Assembly (NCBI GenBank): GCA_905235705.1
Contig: CAJOML010000010.1
Span: 1 to 49,516 of the forward strand
Length of the DNA stretch: 49,516 nucleotides
Direction of reading: 5' to 3'
Source of the DNA: an uncultured Bacilli bacterium
Lineage (GTDB): Bacteria > Bacillota_I > Bacilli_A > RFN20 > CAG-826
Numbering within the stretch: the stretch's first letter is position 1; each line of letters begins with the position of its first letter. The position numbers were made by a program, and so were the translations under genes. The notes under the pieces are model-generated. The model had not been told where the DNA came from, did no database searches, and was given only the letters and a program-made list of their open reading frames with translations. Below are positions 44,619-49,516 of the stretch, piece by piece.

Positions 44619-45840
44619 CGAGGTAGTCCTCCGCATGATTAATGGCATCGATTAAGATATCGATATCTTTGGTTGAATTATAGAAATAGAAACTCGCCCT
44701 TAAGGTGGCAACGGTATTTAAGAAGGAAGGAAGCATCTTGGCACAATGTTGGCCTGAACGCACGGCGATTCCCTTGCTATTGAAGTAAGTGGCCGCGTCT
44801 TGGGCGAAGATGCCTTCGATATTGAATGTCACGATCCCCGCTTCGCTAGAGGCGTTATAAACGGTGACTTTGGGACAATCTTTCAATTTCTCAATGGCGT
44901 AACGTTTTAATTCTTCTTCATGGGCTTTGATTTTGTCTAAGCCGATGGATTGAAGATATTCGATCGCGGCTTTTAAGCCATATATTCCCGCCACATTTTG
45001 CGTCCCTGCTTCGAAGCGAAGAGGGGGAGGCAAGAAGGAAGCTTGCCCGTCGCAAGAAAATTTGACGTTCATGCCGCCCCCACTAAGGAATGGGGCGGTT
45101 TGATCTAGGATTTCATATTTGCCATAAAGGGCGCCGATTCCGGTTGGCCCGCAAAGCTTATGGCCGGAGAAAACATAGAAATCGCAATCCAAATCCTTGA
45201 CGTCGATTTTCATATGGGGTGCGCTTTGGGCACCATCTACCACCATAATCGCACCATGCTGGTGGGCAATGGCGGCGAAGGCTTTGACATCATGGGTATA
45301 GCCCAAAACGTTGCCGACGTGGGCAAGGGAAACGATTTTCGTATGTTCGTTAATCGCCTTTTCCAAGTTACCGGGTGTGACTCTCCCTTCTTCATCAAGA
45401 GAGACATAAGAGATTTTGGCTTGGGTTAATTTGGCGATTTCAAACCAAGGCAATACGTTGGAGGCGTGCTCGGCTTGGGAAATCAAAATCTCATCGCCTT
45501 CTTTTAAATGACGAAGGGCATATCCATAGGCGACAAGATTTAAACCACCTGTTGCCCCGGAGGTGAAGACGATTTCTTTTTCTTTCGCTCCAAGAAAAGA
45601 AGCAACGCATTTTCTCGCTTCTTCGATTTTAAGGTCGGCTTGGTAGGAAAGATCATAATCGCCACGATGGCTATTCGAGGTCTCGAATTCATAATAACGA
45701 TTCATCGCTTCGAGAACCTGACGCGGCTTAAAGGTGGTCGAGGAATTATCTAGCCACACTAAAGGCTTCCCCTGCATTTGGACGCGATTGGTGAACATGG
45801 GGAAATCCTGGCGAATCTTTTCGACATCGAGAATAGCCAT
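44602..45840 (-). CDS. sufS: cysteine desulfurase SufS
   Basis: PLP lysine in SGHKLCGPTG and catalytic Cys in RSGQHCA. Confidence 0.95.
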   Translation of the reverse strand: MAILDVEKIRQDFPMFTNRVQMQGKPLVWLDNSSTTFKPRQVLEAMNRYYEFETSNSHRGDYDLSYQADLKIEEARKCVASFLGAKEKEIVFTSGATGGLNLVAYGYALRHLKEGDEILISQAEHASNVLPWFEIAKLTQAKISYVSLDEEGRVTPGNLEKAINEHTKIVSLAHVGNVLGYTHDVKAFAAIAHQHGAIMVVDGAQSAPHMKIDVKDLDCDFYVFSGHKLCGPTGIGALYGKYEILDQTAPFLSGGGMNVKFSCDGQASFLPPPLRFEAGTQNVAGIYGLKAAIEYLQSIGLDKIKAHEEELKRYAIEKLKDCPKVTVYNASSEAGIVTFNIEGIFAQDAATYFNSKGIAVRSGQHCAKMLPSFLNTVATLRASFYFYNSTKDIDILIDAINHAEDYLDAYFI

Positions 45841-45841
45841 C

Positions 45842-46516
45842 TTAGATGCCCTCCTCGATCGCGTTTAGGATCTTTTGCCCAAGTTCTTCTTCAAAATAAG
45901 GGGCGATGGGCTTGAGATAGCCCAACGTAATTAGTCTCTTCGCCTCTTCTTCGGATAATCCGCGGGAGCAAAGATAGAAAATATGTTCATCGTTTAATTT
46001 GCCGACGATGGCTGCATGGCTAGCCTTAACATCATTTTCATCGATAATGAGGATAGGCGCGCATTTGCCTTGGCTATGAGGATCGAAAACGATGATTTTG
46101 GCGCTTTGTCTAGTCGCTGAAGCAAACGCCCCATGATCAATCGCCGAGGTCCCGATAAAGGATAATCTCGCCTCATCTTTGGTAATGCCGTAATTATCGG
46201 TAAGTCCTTCGGTATGAGGGACTTTGTGATATAAGTTGGCATTAATGATTTTGCGACTTTTCTTATTGGCAATGGAGGCGGTTCGCCATTCCCCTTTTGC
46301 CCCTTCGCCTTCTAAATAAATATTCGCGTTGAAGGTGCCAGAACCATCTGAAAAATCCGCAAAAGACCCTTCAAAAGTCGCATCTTTTCCCACATGCACC
46401 TCTAAAGTGACATTCGGAAAAGAAGAGAAGGCAGCGAGGTTTAATTGCAACGATTCGCCTTCTTTGACTTCGAAAGAAAGGTTTTGGATTTCTTCTTCGA
46501 CTAGGGTGCGTCTCAT
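45842..46516 (-). CDS. sufD: short SufD-like Fe-S assembly protein
   Basis: Occupies the SufD slot of sufCDSUB. The C-terminal part (DEHIFYLCSRGLSEEEAKRLI) matches SufB/D. Only 224 aa. Confidence 0.75.
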   Translation of the reverse strand: MRRTLVEEEIQNLSFEVKEGESLQLNLAAFSSFPNVTLEVHVGKDATFEGSFADFSDGSGTFNANIYLEGEGAKGEWRTASIANKKSRKIINANLYHKVPHTEGLTDNYGITKDEARLSFIGTSAIDHGAFASATRQSAKIIVFDPHSQGKCAPILIIDENDVKASHAAIVGKLNDEHIFYLCSRGLSEEEAKRLITLGYLKPIAPYFEEELGQKILNAIEEGI

Positions 46517-47331
46517 TTTTTCTTCAACGCCTCCTTGGTCGCGCAGGTGCCGATGGAGACCTTATTCATCGGCCCGTCTTCTTTTTCAACGGAGATGCCA
46601 AGGTCGCGCTTAATCCATTCATAGCCCTCGGTATCGATCTTGCGGTAAAGTTCAGGACCACCGCTAACGGCAATACGTCCGTTGACCATGATGGCGGTGC
46701 GGGTCGGTCTGATCATTTCATATAAACGGGCATAGTGGCTAACGACAAGGAACCCTTTGCCGGCAGCTTGTTCTTTTTCGATGGCTTTGGCAACGACTTG
46801 CATGGCATCGACATCTAAGCCCGAGTCGATTTCATCTAACATGATGTAACGGGGGTCAAGTAAACGCATCTGAAGGATTTCATTACGTTTCTTTTCGCCA
46901 CCGGAGAAGCCTTCGTTAAGGTTGCGGTTGCTCATTTCGAAAGGAATCCCCATTTCCTTATAGGCATTTTGGAGTTTGCTATAGAAAGCATAAAGCGATA
47001 AGGGTTTTTCCTGACGGACATTCATGGCCGCACGAAGGAAATCGCTCGAATTAACGCCAGGGATTTCAGAAGGATATTGCATGCCAAGGAATAGCCCGGC
47101 TTTGGAACGTTCATCAACGGACATGGCAAGCACGTCTTTGCCATCTAAGGTAATGCTTCCTTCGGTGACCTCGAAATTAGGATGGCCCATGATGACGGCC
47201 AAAAGCGTGGATTTGCCATGCCCATTAGGGCCAAGCAAAGCCAAGGTCTCGTTATCATTGAGATCAAGGTCTACCCCTTTGAGGATTTCTTTGTCTTTTA
47301 CTTTTGCGTGTAAGTTACGGATTTCTAGCAT
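46513..47331 (-). CDS. sufC: Fe-S cluster assembly ATPase SufC
   Basis: GPNGHGKST Walker A and FSGGEKKR signature. Start at MLEIRNL, with GGAGG upstream. Confidence 0.95.
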   Translation of the reverse strand: MLEIRNLHAKVKDKEILKGVDLDLNDNETLALLGPNGHGKSTLLAVIMGHPNFEVTEGSITLDGKDVLAMSVDERSKAGLFLGMQYPSEIPGVNSSDFLRAAMNVRQEKPLSLYAFYSKLQNAYKEMGIPFEMSNRNLNEGFSGGEKKRNEILQMRLLDPRYIMLDEIDSGLDVDAMQVVAKAIEKEQAAGKGFLVVSHYARLYEMIRPTRTAIMVNGRIAVSGGPELYRKIDTEGYEWIKRDLGISVEKEDGPMNKVSIGTCATKEALKKK

Positions 47332-47352
47332 AGGATGCCTCCAAGCCCGCAT

Positions 47353-47381
47353 ATTCTACCCGTGAAAGCGCGCGTGGGCAA
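47353..47381 (-). promoter_or_regulatory. promoter TTGCCC-17-TAGAAT for the suf operon
   Basis: Hexamers read on the minus strand: -10 at 47353-47358 and -35 at 47376-47381. Confidence 0.55.
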
Positions 47382-47424
47382 ACGATATGATAAAAATCCA
47401 AAGATTAATCTTTGTCAGACACCT

Positions 47425-47979
47425 TCATTCGTTTAAGGCCATGTAATACGAGACGATTTCAGATGGCGTTTGCTCTTGGTTGCCATTAAACCAATATGTC
47501 ACAACGGTGAGAAAGCTTTCCGCCCCAGAGGAGATACGAAGCTCCTCGGGAATCTCTTTTTTCGGGAATACCCCTTCTTTGACGCAGCGACTCACCAAAG
47601 GAGTGATCTCTTCTTTTAAAGCGGCAAGAAACCGCGATGCGCATGAAGATTGCAAAATGACCTTAATCAATTCTCCTTCGTCTTGAAGATGATAAAGGAC
47701 GTGCGTGAAAAGATGGCTATATTCAAGGATTGAATCTTTTGAAAAATCATGGGTCGCTTCGACTTCAAGGGAATGGGAGAAGACATGATGGAAAATGTTC
47801 TTTAATAATGAATCAAGGACATCATCTTTCGTTTTAAAATGGGCGTAGAAAGTCGAACGGGAGACATTGGCCTTAACCAAAATGTCTTCGATTGAAATTT
47901 CGCGGAAATCTTTTTCTTGCAAGCATTGTCCAAACCCGCGATAGATGGAAGCAATGGTTCTAGCGATGCGACGATCCAT
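47425..47979 (-). CDS. TetR-family transcriptional regulator
   Basis: N-terminal HTH ISIEDILVKANVSRSTFYAHFKTKDDVL. 184 aa. TATAAT lies 6 nt upstream of the ATG and there is no SD. Confidence 0.85.
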   Translation of the reverse strand: MDRRIARTIASIYRGFGQCLQEKDFREISIEDILVKANVSRSTFYAHFKTKDDVLDSLLKNIFHHVFSHSLEVEATHDFSKDSILEYSHLFTHVLYHLQDEGELIKVILQSSCASRFLAALKEEITPLVSRCVKEGVFPKKEIPEELRISSGAESFLTVVTYWFNGNQEQTPSEIVSYYMALNE

Positions 47980-48083
47980 AAAATCATTATAAAAGAAAAC
48001 AATTTGTTCGCCATCTAAAAGATTTATCGAACATTTATGGAAATTATGTTTTCTTTTGAAAAATGCTTTGGTAGTATCCTTTC

Positions 48084-49166
48084 ATGCTTGATGAATTCGC
48101 GCGGACATATCCCCAAGAACTAGCCAAAGGAAATGCCAAAAAACGTTTTCTCATCATCTTGATGGGGGTCGCTGTCATCCTCCTTTTCTTTGTCTCTTTA
48201 ATGATCGGTTCATCGCATATGAATCTCCTCGATTCAATCAAAGCCTTATTCGGACAAGGCGAGACCACCAACATCCGCATCGTCCAGCAAATCCGTCTCC
48301 CCCGGGCAATCGCCGCGATGGTGGCGGGGGCAGGTTTATCTATTGCTGGGCTTATCATGCAATCGACATTAAAAAACCCAATGGCCTCTCCTTCGACATT
48401 AGGGGTCAGCAATGCGGCTGTCTTCGGGGCAAACGTTTCCATCGTTGTTTTCGCCGGCGGATTCTTCGGTTCAGGCGGACGTGTTGATAATTACATTTTC
48501 GGCGCAAATCCATTTGCAACTTCTTCAATTGCCTTGATTTTTGCGCTGATTTCAACGCTTTTAATTCTTTTGCTTTGCCGCATCCGTTCCTTCTCTTCCG
48601 AGACGGTTGTCCTCGCTGGATTAGCCTTAGGAACCGTATGGACGGCGTTAACGACTTTGCTTCAATATTACGCGACTGACGTTGGTTTATCCGCGGCCGT
48701 GATTTGGACCTTTGGGGATTTAGGAAGAGCGACCTTCACCACCGATTGGATCATGTTCGCGGTAGTCGCTTTTTCCGCCATTATCTTCTTCCTTTTCCAT
48801 TTCAGATATAATGCCCTCGCCTCAGATGAGACGGTGGCAAGAAGCTTAGGAATCCATGTTGGCTTGCTCCGCTTTGTATCTTTGTTCTTGGCTTCTTTAA
48901 TTACCGCCGTCTGCGTCTCTTATTTAGGGATTATTGGCTTTATCGGTATCATTTGCCCCCATGCGATGAGACGCATCATCGGCAATAACCACCGCTTCCT
49001 AATCCCTGCTTCGCTAGTTTCGGGGTCGTTACTTCTTTTACTTGCCGACATCTTTTCCCGCGCAATCGGGAATGGCTCATCCATCCCAGTCGGGGCGATT
49101 ACAGCCATCCTCGGCGGGCCTTTCTTCATTTATTTAATATTCGCGCGGAAAGGAGGCAAAGCATGA
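48084..49166 (+). CDS. FecCD/BtuC-family ABC permease (iron-chelate or cobalamin-type importer)
   Basis: About 10 TM helices. Motifs RLPRAIAAMVAGAGLSIAGLIMQ and GIIGFIGIICPH are typical of the FecCD family. Confidence 0.9.
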   Translation: MLDEFARTYPQELAKGNAKKRFLIILMGVAVILLFFVSLMIGSSHMNLLDSIKALFGQGETTNIRIVQQIRLPRAIAAMVAGAGLSIAGLIMQSTLKNPMASPSTLGVSNAAVFGANVSIVVFAGGFFGSGGRVDNYIFGANPFATSSIALIFALISTLLILLLCRIRSFSSETVVLAGLALGTVWTALTTLLQYYATDVGLSAAVIWTFGDLGRATFTTDWIMFAVVAFSAIIFFLFHFRYNALASDETVARSLGIHVGLLRFVSLFLASLITAVCVSYLGIIGFIGIICPHAMRRIIGNNHRFLIPASLVSGSLLLLLADIFSRAIGNGSSIPVGAITAILGGPFFIYLIFARKGGKA

Positions 49167-49516
49167 TTCGGTTAACCTCTTTATCCTGTCGTTACGGGAA
49201 GAAGGCAAAGCCCGTTCTTCGTGATGTTTCCTTTACATTAAATAAAGGCGAAATCGCCATCCTCCTTGGTCCAAACGGGGCAGGAAAGTCTACTCTATTG
49301 CAAGCCATCTTAGGAAATGTCAAATTCTGCGAAGGGGATATCTTTATCGGCGGGAAGAATATAAAAGAATTATCCGCCCGCGAAAGAGCGAAGTTAATCG
49401 CTTATGTGCCCCAATCTTTTCATTTTGCCCCGTCTTCGGTTTATGATGCCATTTTGCTTGGACGTATCCCCTATTTTACCTTTGCCCCGAGCCCGGAAGA
49501 TCATGCCTATGTCCAT
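49163..49516 (+). CDS. ABC importer ATP-binding protein (5' partial, runs off the window)
   Basis: ATGA overlap with the permease gene. Translation MIRLTSLSCRYGKK...GPNGAGKSTLLQ contains a Walker A motif. Confidence 0.9.
   Translation, partial: MIRLTSLSCRYGKKAKPVLRDVSFTLNKGEIAILLGPNGAGKSTLLQAILGNVKFCEGDIFIGGKNIKELSARERAKLIAYVPQSFHFAPSSVYDAILLGRIPYFTFAPSPEDHAYVH

Noticed and set aside
1-49516. Mycoplasma-type genetic code (TGA = Trp), considered because of the Mollicutes-like gene content.
   Set aside because: Several genes of normal family length terminate at TGA (rimM at 615-617, nrnA at 9244-9246, miaA at 21996-21998). All conserved proteins are full length under the standard code.
1-49516. 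A scan for CRISPR arrays, transposases or integrases, prophage genes, long direct repeats and recognisable defence genes.
   Set aside because: None seen. Every large ORF except the 2319-3583 pair and a few small membrane proteins has a housekeeping assignment. I noticed no repeated spacer-like periodicity in the intergenic regions.

Overview
This window looks like core chromosome from a Bacillota/Mollicutes-related bacterium. TGA is a stop codon, since rimM, nrnA and miaA all end in TGA. The gene blocks resemble Bacillus subtilis in order but are compacted. From about 5.5 kb to 48 kb nearly everything is on the minus strand, packed tightly with many 1-14 nt overlaps.

Content, in order:
- rimM-trmD, lemA, then an uncharacterised HTH + membrane-protein pair.
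- Two convergent peptidases (M32, M3B), nfu, and cysQ-like/nrnA.
- rpoE, argS, ispF, ychF and csp.
- Two tandem self-contained MacB/FtsX-type ABC proteins.
- DUF951-fhs, then tcdA-miaA-miaB-ymdB-rny.
- A PPi-type phosphofructokinase.
- recA (interrupted by a 1-nt frameshift)-cinA-pgsA.
- RNase P RNA, gpsB, exonuclease-recU, nth-dnaD and a half-length CCA-family enzyme.
- hup, der-cmk, a ferredoxin, and an FMN riboswitch controlling ribU.
- parB-parA-rsmG-mnmG, joined directly to sufCDSUB.
- tetR, and the start of an iron-chelate-type ABC importer.

I saw no integrase, transposase, CRISPR array, tRNA, rRNA or recognisable defence island, so I cannot point to an unmistakable novel system.

The observations most worth follow-up are:
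- the frameshifted recA;
- MiaB carrying a YmcA/RicA-like C-terminal domain two genes from rny;
- a recurring leaderless-promoter layout at operon heads;
- RNase P RNA wedged between gpsB and pgsA with no room for its own signals;
- ParB with degenerate CTP-binding motifs;
- a roughly 200-aa CCA-family enzyme;
- the HTH + Ala/Gly-rich membrane-protein cassette with an inverted repeat over its promoter.

All family assignments come from motif reading by eye. No searches were run.
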